Of a DNA stretch of 64,000 bases, positions 37,516 to 51,185 are shown one piece after another (position 1 is the stretch's first letter; each line of letters begins with the position of its first letter). Position numbers and translations under genes: made by a program. The notes below the pieces were generated by a model. That model saw only the letters and a program-made list of their open reading frames with translations. It did no database searches and was not told the DNA's origin. Source of the DNA: Vicugna vicugna (taxonomy: Eukaryota); NCBI GenBank assembly GCA_013265495.1, contig MU058844.1, positions 1-64,000 on the forward strand, in the 5' to 3' direction.

Positions 37516-38325
37516 GAAATGATCAATAGGCACATGAAAACATGCTCAATATCACTAATTATCAGAGAAATGCAAATCAAAACTACAATGAGGTATCACC
37601 TCACACCAGTCAGAATGGCCATCATTCAAAAGTCCACAAATGACAAATGCTGGAGAGGCTGTGGAGAAAGGGGACACTCCTACACTGCTGGTGGGAATGC
37701 AGGTTGGTGCAGCCACTGTGGAAAACAGTATGGAGATTCCTCAAAAGACTAGGAATAGACTTACCATGTGACCCAGTAATCCCACGCCTGGGCATATACC
37801 CAGAAGGAACCCTACTTCAAAAAGACACCTGCACCCCAATGTTCATAGCAGCACTATTTACAATAGCCAAGATGTGGAAACAGCCTAAATGTCCATCAAC
37901 AGATGACTGGATAAAGAAGAGGTGGTATATTTACACAATGGAATACTATTCAGCCATAAAAATGACAACATAACACCATTTGCAGCAACATGGATGTCCC
38001 TGGAGAATATCATTCTAAGTGAAGTAAACCAGGAAGAGAAAGAAAAATACCATATGAGATCACTCATATGTGGAACCTAAAAAAAAAAAAGACAGATTGG
38101 TATTTCAAAATTTGTAGATACTGACAGGCATATGCAGAATAGATAAACAAGATTATACTGTATAGCACAGGGAAATATATACAAGATCTTATGGTAGCTC
38201 ACAGCAAAAAAAAAGTGACAATGAATATATGTATGTTCATGTACAACTGAAAAATTGTGCTCTACACTGGAATTTGATACAACATTGTAAAATGACTATA
38301 ACTCAGTAAAAAAATGTTAAAAAAT
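37516..38325 (+). mobile_element. Young camelid-type L1 3' fragment
   Basis: Near-intact ORF2 C-terminus (WRGCGE..., CTPMFIAALFTIAK.WKQPKCPS); TSD aatagata (37508-37515, 38326-38333). Confidence 0.93.
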
Positions 38326-38549
38326 AATAGATAATAAAGGGGAGAGCAATCATAGTAGAGGGATAGTTAATCACAATCATCTAGACAAGAGATAATGGTG
38401 GGTTTGGATGGTAGTGGTACAGGTGATGAAATATGGTCAACTTCTGGTCATACTTTGAAGTGAGAGCCATTGGGATTTACTAATTGATTAGATATGGAGG
38501 ATGAGAGAGAAAAATTAGGGACAAATCTGAGGGGTTTTTTCTGGGTAAC

Positions 38550-38880
38550 TGTGATGGTTAATTTTATGTGTTAACTTGACTGGGCCACAGGATGCCCAGA
38601 CATTTGGCCAAACATTGTTCTGGGTGTGTCTGTGAGAGTGTTTCTGAATGAGATTAACATTTGAATCAGGAGACTAAATAAAGTAGACTGCCCTCCCTAA
38701 TGTGGGTGAGCCTCATTCAATCAGTTGAAAGCCCAAGTAGAGCAAAAGGCTGACCCTCTTTAAAGGCAGATGGAATGCCTCTTGGGCTAGAACTTCCACC
38801 ATCAGCCCTCCTGATTCTCAGGCCTTTGGACTCAGACTGGAATTACACATCAGCATTCCTGGGTCTCCAGTTTTCCAACT
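38550..38880 (+). mobile_element. MLT2 (ERVL) LTR
   Basis: tgtgatggttaattttatgtgttaacttgactgggccacaggatgcccagac. Confidence 0.88.
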
Positions 38881-39199
38881 TCAAGATCTCATATACACAA
38901 GTGGAAATGATGAGCAGACACTTGGATATAAAAGTCTGGAGTTTAGGAAAGAGGTCAAGGCTAGGGATAGAAAGGCAAGTGTTTATCATTAGATAAATTT
39001 TATCTAATGTGGCAGGGGACTGAATGAGATCACCCAGGGAATGAATATAGAGAGGAAACAGGAGTGGCTCAAGGACTGAACCCTTTGGCATGTCAATGTT
39101 TAGAGATCAAGAAGCTGAAAGAAATCTAGCAAAGGAGCCTGAAAGGGAGCTTCTCAGCAGGGCTGAGAGTGGTATCCTAGAAGCCAAGTGTTGAGTTTT

Positions 39200-39870
39200 G
39201 TTCTGGTTGCCAGTTAATTTATTTGCAGCTTAGCTTGATTTTCTCAAGATTTGGTCTTAGGTTTTTTTAGGGCAGGTCTACAGTTGGTCTTACTTTAGGG
39301 CTAGAGTAACACTACTCCTACTATTTATTCTGGAGTCTCAGTTAAGTTCTGTGGATTTTTAGTGAGGGCTTTACTCTCTGGTTTATCAGAACTGAAATAT
39401 CTCTGGAATCCCCATTCAGCTCACACCTCACAAAGAGTTGTTCTCTGTCAGACCTCAGAGCTTCACCCTGGACATGTGCAGCTTAAACCAAGACTCAAGG
39501 AGATCCTTACTCATAATTTTGAGCCTGTCTCCTCTCAGGTGACTTATCCTAAAAATTCCAGCATCTTCAGCTTCCCTGAATTCTGATCTATCTTCTCTCT
39601 AACCAGAAAAACCACCGCACTCTTTGGGTTTGGGTTTCACTTCCCTGTGCAATGTGGCATGGGGCGAACTTTTTTTCATGTATTGAATTTTTCACAGGGG
39701 TGAATGGGAACTTCACTACATGTAGTTTCCTTCTCTCAAAGATTATGGTCCTCTATTGGCTATTGTCTAATATCCACATACCCCTTCTTTATACATTTTC
39801 CCCAGCATTAAATTGTTTAAAGAGGGAAGGCAATCTGATACCTATTTTTCCATCACGACTGAAATTGGAA
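39200..39870 (-). mobile_element. Old L1M 5'-region fragment
   Basis: Antisense L1M-like text (ttttgttctgg...cagttaatttatttg...ggcaggtcta). Confidence 0.5.
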
Positions 39871-41280
39871 GCTGTATTCATTAAGTTTTTGCTCTGCTGT
39901 AGGACCCTAGGAATTTTGCAAGTCCCTAGGGGTAGAAAGGCTGGGAGAACAAAAGGAGGAAGAAGCCTCTAATGTTTAGGCTCCAAAATTTCCATCCTGG
40001 AAGAGCTTAAGAGCAACACCCAAGTTCCAAAGAAGAAGTCTGAAGTGCATATAAATACCACTTTTGCATAGCAAGAAAATATCTACTGTCTATTTCAAAA
40101 AAAAATGGGAGGATGCTTTGTTGATGGACGATATGAAGGAGGTAGGGCCCCTATAGCCTATTTTGAGACATGACTACAAAACACCCATTTTTCAACAATA
40201 CTGTAGGCTGGAGGTTGAAATGCAATTTCAATTGACTAAGGAAAATGAAGCAATGTGGTCTTTCTTGTACATAGTTTGGGGAGTAAGTTTTAAATCCTCT
40301 AAAAAAACTCTCATAAAGACAATTAGTCAAGGGACTGTCTTTGCTGTGGCCATCTACCCTCATGAGATACTTAGTTCTAATTATTAGAAAATTAAAAGAA
40401 ATACTTAAACTATTGAAACCTAACCAAGGGCTCCTATAAACTCTTGAAAATAATACTAGCAATAATTAAGGAGGGGGGTCCTTCTGTCAATGTAAAACTG
40501 TGAACCATAAATACTAAAGGAATTACGTTTTCTCTACTGCACTTAGAGTAATGAAGAAGATAAAAGTGAGAAACACCTCCGCTTAAGATGTATATTTATC
40601 CGTCTGCAACAATTACCTTCCTGATAATTGCAACAAAATACATTGTAAACGATTAGCTAAGCATCCTCTTTATAACTCATAAAAAAGAATTAAAATTTTC
40701 ATCTTTAAAGGAGAAAAAAGTCTGTATGAAGGCACTCATTCCAGCATATATTTTTGAGCTTCATGAGAAGAAACGCTCTCTGGCTCATTTCAGCAATAAA
40801 ACGATTTTATTTTTAAAGAAATTAAACCACTAAAGGGCACTAAAGGAGGCCCAAAGATAAAGGATTGCCGCCAGGAAGAATGTCCCTATCTGTGCTGCAG
40901 CACTGCCCTAGGGAAGCCATCAGAGCCCCCCCCCCCCAACTGGGGCTTCCTCCATAGCCAGGCACTGGAGGTCATCCCCCGACCCTCTGTGACGACAGTT
41001 TCAACAGACTGATGTCTCTGCCTTCATCCTTGCCAGATGGATTCTGTGCAGGTCTTACCACTCACCATCACCAGCTTCGAAATAAATTCAGAATGGATGT
41101 GCCTGACTGTGGACCTAGGTTCCATGGTTGCATTCCTGCCACACAGGATCTAGGAAAGTGAGTTTCTGGCTTCTACTTCAGAGAGAAGTGCATTCATAAA
41201 ATGGAAAATCACCCCAAACACAAGGATAATATCAACCATAGGTGCTAAGCATAAGCCAACAAATAAAAGAATGGATAAAT

Positions 41281-41810
41281 ACTTTTTTCTAGGAGTTTTA
41301 ATAGTTTCAGGTCTTACATTTAAGCCTTTAATCCATTTTTAGTTTCTTTTTGTATATGGTGTGAGAAAGTAGTCCTGCCTGATTCTTTTGCAAGTAGCTG
41401 TCCAGTTTCCCAACATCATTCATTAAAGAGGCTTTTTCCCCATTGTATTTTCTTTCTTCCTTTGTTGTAGATTAATTGGCCATATAAACTTTAGCACAAT
41501 GAAGGAAACTATCAACAACACAAAAAGGTAGCCTACTGTGCCTACTGAATGGGAGAAGATATTAGGAAATGATATCTCTGATAAGGGGTTACTACCCAAA
41601 ATGTACAAAGAATTCATACAACTTAACATCAAAAAACCAAACAAGCCAATTGAAAATTGGGCAGAGGACCTCAATAGACATTATTCTAAAGAAGACATAC
41701 AGATGGCAAACAGATACATGAAAAGATGCTCAACATCACTAATCATCAGGGATTTGCACATCAAAACCACGATGAGATATTACCTCACACCTGTCAGAAA
41801 GGCTACCATA
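41281..41810. mobile_element. L1 ORF2 fragment with 5' inversion
   Basis: Antisense L1 at 41281-41487 joined directly to sense L1 at 41488-41810 ([15 protein letters not shown]). Confidence 0.85.
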
Positions 41811-44800
41811 GCACAGCCCAGAACACCTAAGTAGAGGGACTAAATTCCTCCACCCAACGTCTGATCTCTTGCCAGTGCCTCCCATTAGCCAAATCTAATA
41901 AGGAGCCAGAGGGCTAGGAGTCTGGGTGACATAGTCTGCAGAAGTCAGCCTCTTGGGATAGAGAGTAGGATGGAAGGGGCTATAGATTCCATCTGGAGAG
42001 GTACCAGAGAATAACCAGCTCACTGTTTCTCTAAGCTAGGGGTTACTTATTTAGATTAATTCCCCCATTTTCCAAATTTGCAGAAATAAAGTGGAAGTGA
42101 CTTATCCAAATCTCCTTCTCACTCTCAATAATGCCCTTTTCAGCTCATAGGGGTGACAAATTCCTTGGGCACCCCTTTCCTCCACTTCCACAGAAGACAC
42201 CTTAAATTGACCTTTATACTCATTCTTGTTGAATCCAGATTCGGCCTCACAATCTTTCTCAACACAGCCCACCTGGCAGCCACAACCACAACAGGCACAA
42301 GAAATGAGAATTACTTGCCATGCCTGTACTGCACCAGGCTGACATCCACTCCACAAATTCTTCAATAAATTAATGAGCAGAATAAGGTCTAGTATAATTA
42401 ACACCCTTGGAGTCCACAAAGGATTGTTTCAGTTATTTGTTAGATGATCTCTTTGAGAATTAATGTTTATTATGCCCAGTTGTCTCTATTTTGGTTACTG
42501 GCACAAATTCACAGTTTGTTTACAAGAGTTAATAAACACCAAGCTGCAACTTGTTGTCTTGCCAACAATAGCACCACCCTCCCCATTCATTCAGATAATT
42601 TTTCTCTGTATGCCACTGTCAAGTGTCAAAGAGGGTAGGATTATAGTTGGGAGGTGTGTCTTCCTGGCATGGGAGGCAGTAACTGCAAAGATGCAGCTGT
42701 ACTCCAGTTATTTCCCTCTGAAAGTGGGCTGATGGCAAATCAATTCCCTAGGCAGTCTGTAAAGCGGCGCCTAGGCTCCAGGTCCCCTTTTCCTTTAACA
42801 GATGAGGAAATGCAAACATAGGAAGATATGCTTTCGTGGTTTCCGCAAGATCATACAGCGCTTTCGGGTAGGCCTGGAACCCAGCTGCCTGACTCACACC
42901 TCTAATGTTCTAGGAAAGACTGATAAATGGGCCACTTTGAACAATGGTGCTGTCACAAGCATCCCATCACAAATCTAACCAGAATACACCAAAATGAGGA
43001 AAGATGACAGAAAACATGGTAAGCTGGTGGCCACATCCAGCTGTGCATGTATTTTGTTTGGTCTGCACAGCATCTTAAAAAATTAATTTGGTTGCCAATA
43101 TCTTTAAATTTAGGTGTTTAAATGATCAGTTTCTGACGTCCCTGGGAAGATATGGTATTATCTGGCTGTCTTCCTCCAGAGCAGTATTTCCTTGGTGAGG
43201 AATAGTTGCTGCCTCTCTGTTTCCTGGCTACAGGGCTCACCACCCCTCACTGTGTCCTTGTCCCCAGGTGGAAGGGTGCATTGCCTGTGTTGTCTTGGTG
43301 AGGCATGCTTCACTCCTTATATCGCCTGCCTGACCTGCCAGCTTTTGCTTGTGACCTCTGACTAGGGAGAACCACAACAGCCTGCAAATGATTTAAAGGC
43401 TGAGAGAGGAAGCGGCTTACTTTGCATTGCAGAGAAAGAGCCAGCACCAATGAGGAGAGCTGGGGGGAGGAGAGGAGAGAAAAGGAGGGGAGGGGCAGCG
43501 GGGGAGCATTCTGGGAACATGGACTTTAGTTCAGTGTCAGAATGAATTAAAGACACCTGACTTCTCAGTCCTGAAACTGTCAGGGAAAGTATTTGGACAC
43601 AGATGCCCATCTATCAGGAATAATGAAGAAAGGATTCCTCCATTGCCTTGGGGACTGGACTCTACCATTTAAGGAATTCTTCACGGCTCAGATATTAAAA
43701 CTTGATTTGGATAACACAGTCACATCATTTTAAAGGTGTTAAAAGGTGTACAGTAGAAAGTTGGTCTCCTTCCATTTGTGTCCCTCAGGCCTCAGCTCCC
43801 CACAAGAAGGCAACCCTTATGCCTTTCTTACATGTCTTTCCAGAGATGTCCCACGCCCATGTGCACTATGTATTTTCCCTTAGGTAAGCGATAATTCACT
43901 ATAAAACAGAGAGAGAGCAGCCCTGCAGACAGACTCTCAGATTTACCAGTATGCACACAATTTTACCTGGGAAATCTCAAAAACACATATCCAATCATGT
44001 TAGTCTCCCACCTAACATCCTCCAACGGTTTCCCGTGATTCCAGGAACACAGGACAAACTCTTAACTGGGCTAACGAGGCCTCTGTGATCTGCCTGCTGC
44101 CTCCTCCTCAGTCATCCCTTCTCTGCAATGCCTCTTAGATGCTTTCTTCCACCCAGACTGAACTTCTTTCGTTTACTTCCTGCTGGGAATCCTACCTTCC
44201 CACCCCGCCCACCCCCCTTTCCCTGTTCCCTGCTTTCTGCTGCCTCTACCTCACTTGTCTCCTTGGCCTCCAGATGTTCATTTATGTTGATCTTCTTGGC
44301 TCACTCTATCAGGTAAGCGCCTCTCTTCCTGGCCCTAGACTCTGTGTCCCTAGCTGTAATGTTCCCATGGTTTAAAACAAACACCTACATAATTGCCTGT
44401 ATTCCTGGCAGTTTACAGGAGGGCGCCCTCGCCTGCCTTCACTTACCCCAGTGTCCCCCGCACTTAGCACACGTCTGGTACAGAGAAGACACTAAAACAC
44501 AGTCACTGAACCAATGATGAGGCTCACTAGAGAGGAAAAGGAAGATCACAGGATTCACTACTCACACCCCATACTATTTTTTGGCAAATATCGGTAACTT
44601 GTTTTCTCAGAAGCAAGAAAGCATTTTTATGATTGAAAAAACACCCCACCTGATTCCAAATGTCCCTTTTCTGTTATTTAAAGATAAATCACACCCTATG
44701 AGATGGGAAATAAAGATTTCCTTTGATCTAGCTCCGGCTTAGCTCTGAAAAGCTTTGATCTTCTCCATTCTCTGACAAATGAATATCCATCGGTAATAAG

Positions 44801-44951
44801 CAGCCACTAAACTGATCATAATTTTCTATGCCCAGAACAACAGACCAACCAGCTGATGTTTGGAAAAGGCATTCGAGGAAAAGAAAAATAATTTAAAAGA
44901 ATACAATGGAAACCCAAATTTAGTGCCCCCCAAACAATCATATTTAAGAAC

Positions 44952-45988
44952 TGTTAAAAATAAGACAACAGGTCCCAAATGGAGTCACATGCTAAGCCCC
45001 ACATAACCAAATGGTGACTTAACTACAGTTTTGGCTCTCCCAGAAATGGAACTTTAAACCAGTAAGTCAGGAACCATCTTGTCAGGACTAGTGAGGTGAT
45101 CTGCCTGATAGACCCTGCCGTTCCCTAAAGGACAGTCACTTTGCAACAACCAACTGCTTCTTTGTCTCGTTTATTTTCCTTGTCCCAGCTCCCTTCTGCC
45201 TATAAAAGTCTGTCATTTCGAACAGCTCCCTGGGGCTCCTTTCTACCTGCTAAATTGTATGCTGCCCAATTTGAATCAATTTTTGCTCAAAAAAACTCTT
45301 AAAATGTTCAGCAAGCCTCGGTTTATCTTTTAACAGTTCCGTTAGTAACAGTAAGAGGCGGGAACCGAAGGAGACCCCCAGAGCTTAGGACGACGAGCAA
45401 CCAGACGGAGTACCTGCTGAGCCCCTGGGCTCGCTGCCTTCTCGCCGCCTCAGGAGGAGCCTGGTTCGTTCCTCTAGGAGTCTCTGTGGCTTTCGTCTTA
45501 GGAGCTTTCAGGCTTTACTGGAGCATTTCTTTTCCAGACTTGGCCTGGAAATGGCCAGAGTCAGAGTGGATTCCACTGAAAAACAGGATTGGGTTCAATG
45601 TGGGACTGGCGCTGACTTAACTGGATGAGCCTAGCGTGATACATCAGGTGAATACAATTTTGTTTTAAGGCTGACCAAACAGGTAACCTTACCCAGGATA
45701 ATCTTTAATTACAGTGGCCACAGGTGAGAACCTTTAACTTGGATAGGCTCATCTATTTATAACATGCCTTAGAGAAAAAGGGGTCCCAGCGAAGCCTTCA
45801 CCTTAAAGGGTAGAGGAAAAACTATTTTCCCTTTTGTAGTTTCCAATGACCAGGAAGAACCCAGCTGGGACACCCCATGCACTTGTTTTCCCAGGGTCCC
45901 ATCTGCTGGACTGGATGGTGCCTGATTTGAATCAATGTTTGCTCAAATACACTTAAAATCTTAATATGCCTCAGTTCATCTTTTAACA
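44952..45988 (+). mobile_element. Internally deleted ERV1-type provirus: 5' LTR, leader/gag stub, partial 3' LTR
   Basis: LTR TGTTAAA...TTTAACA (44952-45335) with TATA (ctataaaag); a second copy of the LTR 3' end at ~45890-45988; gaac/gaat flanks; MA-like LQWPQVRTFNLDRL ~45710. Confidence 0.8.
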
Positions 45989-47330
45989 GAATCTAAAAAA
46001 ATTTTCCCCCATTAAGAAAAACTTAAATGCCATCTTCTAAAAAACTATACCTGTTAGAAACAGAGAGAAGCTGAAATTCCATGTCGTGGCAACTCACGAT
46101 CTGTGTGATTCACTCCACTCGTCTTTCTGCTGATGTCCCTCAAATTCTCCAAGCTCCCTGGGCCACTCTGAGCCCTCTAAGCTCACCTTCTCATCCATGA
46201 GGATTTCTTTCTCTAACTGATACAGACTCAATGCCTTAATTAAGTACTCCGCCTCAACTAGCTCTTTTCTCAAAATGTTTGCCAACCGAGGGAGGCTGAA
46301 GAGGGATTCAAGGAGTTGAGCTGCCCAACTGGAAGAAGGCGCAAGGAGCTGACATGGAGCAAAACAGCACTTTATCGCAGTACAAGTGTGTGGCACATGC
46401 TCAGGTGTACGCACTTGTCCTTTTATTATGTTAGTGGCGCATGCGTATTGTTCATAATGCGGAACGCATGCTACTAGTGCATGCGTACATTTACTTTTTA
46501 CCTCACACACGTGCAAGTTATTGTGAACTTTGACCTGGGCCCCACAATCTATTCACTTGAGACTACCGACAATGTTACTATTGTTTTTGTTTTAATTCAT
46601 GGAATTATAGAACTTTAGAGCTGCTATGGCCCTTGGAGCAAGTCATTTTCAATATTTAGCCTCATGATCAATGTGGAAAACCAATGTAGGTTATATCTCA
46701 GTCCTTATGACATTTTAGTTCATGTTTCAGTTGGAATGTTGAGATATGTGGGTCATGGGGCTCAGAACAAATAGGGTCTCTGAGACATGGGTGTGATGTC
46801 CAGCCAGGGCTGGCGGAAGGTCACAGAGTGTCCAGAACACATGAAAACTCCGACTCTGCAGTCTATAGGAGAATTGGGTCAGGGCAGTTAACAGTTCTTC
46901 TTGAAGAACCATACAGCCGTGAAGGGCAACCACAGTAAATATGATTTTATAGTCACTGGGAGACACTGCTGTGCGGTAGTAAGTGTACTTAGCGATCACG
47001 AACATTTTTAGTGCAGTTTTGGGTCTTTTAAAGTTTTTAATATTGCTACACCATATTCTATTTGAAAGTAGGCTGCAAACAGAAAAAGAATGGGAATCAT
47101 CAACTTAAAAAGAGTATCAACTCCCCAGCCCCCTGTTTAAAGCTACGAAACTAAAGTCTTAAGAGGAGAAGGGATTTAAGGTTGAGCAACACAGCTGGCT
47201 TAGGGTATATACCGCCAGGGCGAAAAAGCCAGGCCTCAGGACACCCAGTCAAGTGATTTTCCTACTACATCTTATTTCCTCTCTGAATCCATAAACCTAG
47301 ATCATCAGAGTTAAAAATGAGTACGAAAAA

Positions 47331-47409
47331 TACTTATAACTGAATCACTTTGCTGTACACCTGAAACTAACATCGTAAATCAACTACACTTCAATTAAAA
47401 CATTTTTTT
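47331..47409 (+). mobile_element. Short L1 3' tip
   Basis: tgaatcactttgctgtacacctgaaactaac; flanking aatgagta repeats (47316-47323, 47410-47417). Confidence 0.75.
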
Positions 47410-49931
47410 AATGAGTAAAAAAACAAAGCAACTGGCAAAAGACAGGGATTTAATCAGATCCCTCCCTGTACTGAGGACATGTCTCCACTTGGCTCTTAAA
47501 CTGTCTGAGGCTCTGTGGACCCACTCCTTCAAGAGCAGTCACATTCACAAAGACCGAACCCATCTAAATATTTGTGTTGAGGGTTGGACATTTTGCACAG
47601 ATAAGCAAGACTTCAGTTCCCTTGTACTTGCTGTTAGAACTTCATGGCATTCTTTACACAGTGCATGACAGGACTTCATTAACAAGAGTGAGTGGGGAAG
47701 GGTGGGTTATTTGGGATATTTGAAGCTGAGTGGGACGGGAGTAGAGGACTGCAGCCCTGGCCACCAAGGGGAATGGCAGGAAGCACATTTGACAGTAGCC
47801 ATTTTGACCTCAGTGTGCTTTCTGTAGGAGTTGGTGTGTAAGGGGATTCATTTAGTGGGTGGAATGAGGCTGTGAGAATGAGATGAAGGGAGTTATTAAA
47901 AGTAGGTAGGAATTCGTGGTGTGATTATTTACAGCGAATCCTCAGTTGAGGAAGGGGCCTGGGAATGCAGGCATGAGTCAGTTGCTCACCTAAGCAGTCT
48001 GGGGTTTTAAGAGGGGATCCAGTTCCAGCAAGGTCGTTGAGAGGTGAGATGAAGCAGTGAGACAAGGCCAGTGAGGAGTAACGAATGGGGACCCTGTGCC
48101 TCAGGGGGCATATGAGGCACCAAGGATGCAGTGGAAACCATGATGGTATGAAGATGTCTATTATACAAAATTCTAGGTTAAAATTTTTTTGGAAGTTTAA
48201 TAATCTGTGCTTTAGAGTCCAGAGCAGAAAAACATTTTATCAGAATTCCCCAGTCAAGACGTCACGTGCCAGGTCTCTTGTGTGTCCCTCCAGTCTCCTG
48301 TTTTATAAATGTTCTCCCCCCACCCCCCCAAACCCCCACCCCCTCAGGCAGCTGCAGTAGTTTGCAGACCCTGCTGCTTGTTGCCCTCCAGCCTCCCTGG
48401 AATGTCCTGGAATGCCCTTCCCTCCCACTCCCTTCTCATGGTCTAACGGACCACCTTGTTAACATTCCACTTCCCACCCAGAGAGCTGATCACTCCCACC
48501 TTCACCTGACTACTTTCTACCTCAGTTAATACGTTTACGACTACGGTTGATATTTGCTGTTACATACCAGGTTGGCTGCACCAACTGCAAGATTATTCAA
48601 ATACTTTTGTACAGCTTGATAAAAAGCTGCTGCTTCAAGACCCCCATATACCTCCACCCACTGATCCCACTCGACCCGGCCAGTCCTCTTGCACTTTTCA
48701 GAGCACCGAGGACCCAGTAACGGAAAGGCTGATGCTGCGAGCAGCAGGACCCTCCCCAGCACCCTGGCCAAGATCTTCTCTTGGTCTCATCTAGTTGTGG
48801 GAATTCCCTAGTGTGGGTCAGGAGACCCAGGTTTGAGTCTCATGTGTGGTTCGTGAATCCCTGTGTTCATCTGAGTCTTATTTTTCTCATCTGTAAAAGG
48901 GAGATGGGAGCCCACCTTACAGAGCTTCCAGTAATATCACTGGGTCAATGGGCATATATACATTCAGATTTCAATAGTTAGGGTGGGGTGATTTTGAATA
49001 AGATATAAAGTTGAGCCAGGACGCTGAGAGAATTCCAGATGAAGGCAGCAAGGCTGGCCAGCACCAACCCCAGCCACTTGAGCTGACAGACATGGCTGCT
49101 GTCTATCACTGCCAACCCTGTCCCACCCAGCGGCCGATGGCGGGACAGGTGAGGTGGGGCCTCCCTTCCCCAAGCCAATGCGGGGGCCTGACTGGTACTG
49201 GGCTGCTTATCTGACTTCAGCTGTGGAAATCTCTCTGGGTACGTGAGAAAGCGCGGTTTTCATCGCCTTTGTTTTTGTCCAGAAAGCTCCTGAATGGGCG
49301 GGTGAGCCTGAAGGCTGCAAAGTGTTCTGAGAATTGGAGTTTCTTGGAAGTTTTTAAGAGCCCAGGCACTATTCCTTGGAAAATGTGAAGTTCCTGGGGT
49401 TTATTAGCAGCTTAAACTTTCAGTCAAAGTTAAACATCTAGAAAAATGTTCCTGGGAAGTATCGTCAGCACCTTCTTAATTGGCTGCCTTGGCACGATTT
49501 CAAGGCTGTGGTTTCTACTGCAGATGCTGGAGCACTACCAAGCCCCGTTCAGGGTCTCCTTCTGGGATGGAAGACAAGTGAGGGCCCTGGCCTGTGTTTC
49601 CAAGTCAGGGAAATAAAAAGAGCCTGGCTGCCACATTGCACAAATCATATTTACATTGCTGTTAGAAAGTACATTTCTGTCCAGTTTATATCCTTTCAAG
49701 GGCTTCCCTGGTCCCCCTCCTATGCTCCTACCTCTATGCCAATGAGAGTGAAAGGTGAGATAAGAAAACCTGGTTCTTCATGGGTGGATACCTTTGTTCT
49801 GGGCCCCAGGTGGCAAGGTCCAGGACTCAGGAAGCCCCCTGTGTGTCTGCATCCAGATGGACCACAGGACCTGGGCAGAAGGAAGAGCCAAGGGGCCAGC
49901 TCCCTGTGCCTCCTCTTACAAAGCTGTCCTC

Positions 49932-50107
49932 ATAGCGAAAAAAAATTTGACAATGAATATATGCATATTCATGTATAACTGAAAAATTGTGCTCTACACT
50001 GGAATTTGACACAACATTGTAAAATGACTATAACTCAATAAAAAAATGTTAAGAAAATAAACAGTGACCACCACTAAAAATACAAACAAAACAAACAAAA
50101 AAACCCC
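49932..50107 (+). mobile_element. Short young camelid-type L1 3' tip
   Basis: Near-identical to 38201-38325; perfect 13-bp TSD caaagctgtcctc (49919-49931, 50108-50120). Confidence 0.92.
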
Positions 50108-51074
50108 CAAAGCTGTCCTCCAGGCTGCCACTTCCCAGCCCACTAGGAGGAATTGGGAGCAGGCATCCTGTAAGCACAGTGGTGTGAGCTCACCCTGAAA
50201 CTGTAGCTGGCATTCTTTCTATCTTCCTGATATTTCATCCCGTGGCCCCTCTACCCTTCAAATGAGGCTGTTTGGAATTTCTGCCTGAGTGATGGGAATT
50301 GAATAGCAGAATAGAGAAAATGGGAAACTCTTCTGACTTTTTGTTTCAAAAACTGTGCCCTTAAGAGTAACAAAAATGACAATGAAAATTCAGAGCATGA
50401 ATAATAGATTTGGAAGACCTCATGAGAGGGAGAAAAGCTTCTTCTGAATGTGCTTCAGAGGCTGGATGGAGAGGGTCAACTAAGTGGGAAAACGGTGAGT
50501 CCCTGGGCACCTGCAGGACTCTGGGAAAGTGGAGACCGTACTTTCCTCCTGGGCACAGCCTGGGGAGGTGGAAAAAAGCAAGCAGAAGAAATGACCCAGA
50601 GATGTGTATGTGCAGGAGGGGCTTTAGGTAACCAAGGAGCGAGTCCCGGGCCCTGGTGAATGGACCTCCACGTCTGAGAGTGGGATGCAATCGAGAGGGC
50701 CTCTCGGACAAGCTCACTGAGTTTCTTGCAGCTGAAGATGACATGAGAGAGGCATACACAGAGCTCAAAAGGACGGGGTCTGGAGGGTGAGCAGTTAGAA
50801 CAAGAAAGGGTCAGCAGCGCCCTGTGTGTACTGGTGACTGAGCACTAAGCAGGTGAGGAAACTGAGCTGACGTATTTCCATCCCTGCTCCCACAGGAAAA
50901 CGGAAGCGTATAAATTGTTACCTACATGAGTTGACTGACATTCTTACATCCTGTTAAGACTGGAATTCCACTCTTGAAAAAATTTATAAATAAAAAGGTC
51001 CACTAAAAAACACTGAAAAGATATCTACCCAGCATTCACAGTGGCTACCTCCGGGTGGTGGAATTACTGAATCT

Positions 51075-51185
51075 CTCTCCCCTCCCAATCTCTCCATCCT
51101 TTCCTCCTCCTGCCTCCCTTCCTCCCTCCCTTCCTTTTATCACTTTCTTTCTCTCTTTCTTTCTATGTATCTTCTTCTCTAATTT
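51075..51185. repeat. CT-rich low-complexity tract
   Basis: Polypyrimidine (cctc/ttct)n. Confidence 0.8.

Larger units (their letters stand above)
37050..39190 (-). mobile_element. L2 element interrupted by a young L1 and an MLT2 LTR
   Basis: L2-type text at 37050-37430, 38340-38548 and 38890-39190. Confidence 0.7.

Noticed and set aside
49000..51000. Host exons or promoter (higher GC/CpG, caggtgag donor-like sites, 156-aa and 135-aa ORFs)
   Set aside because: No recognisable protein and no consistent exon chain; cannot be supported from sequence alone
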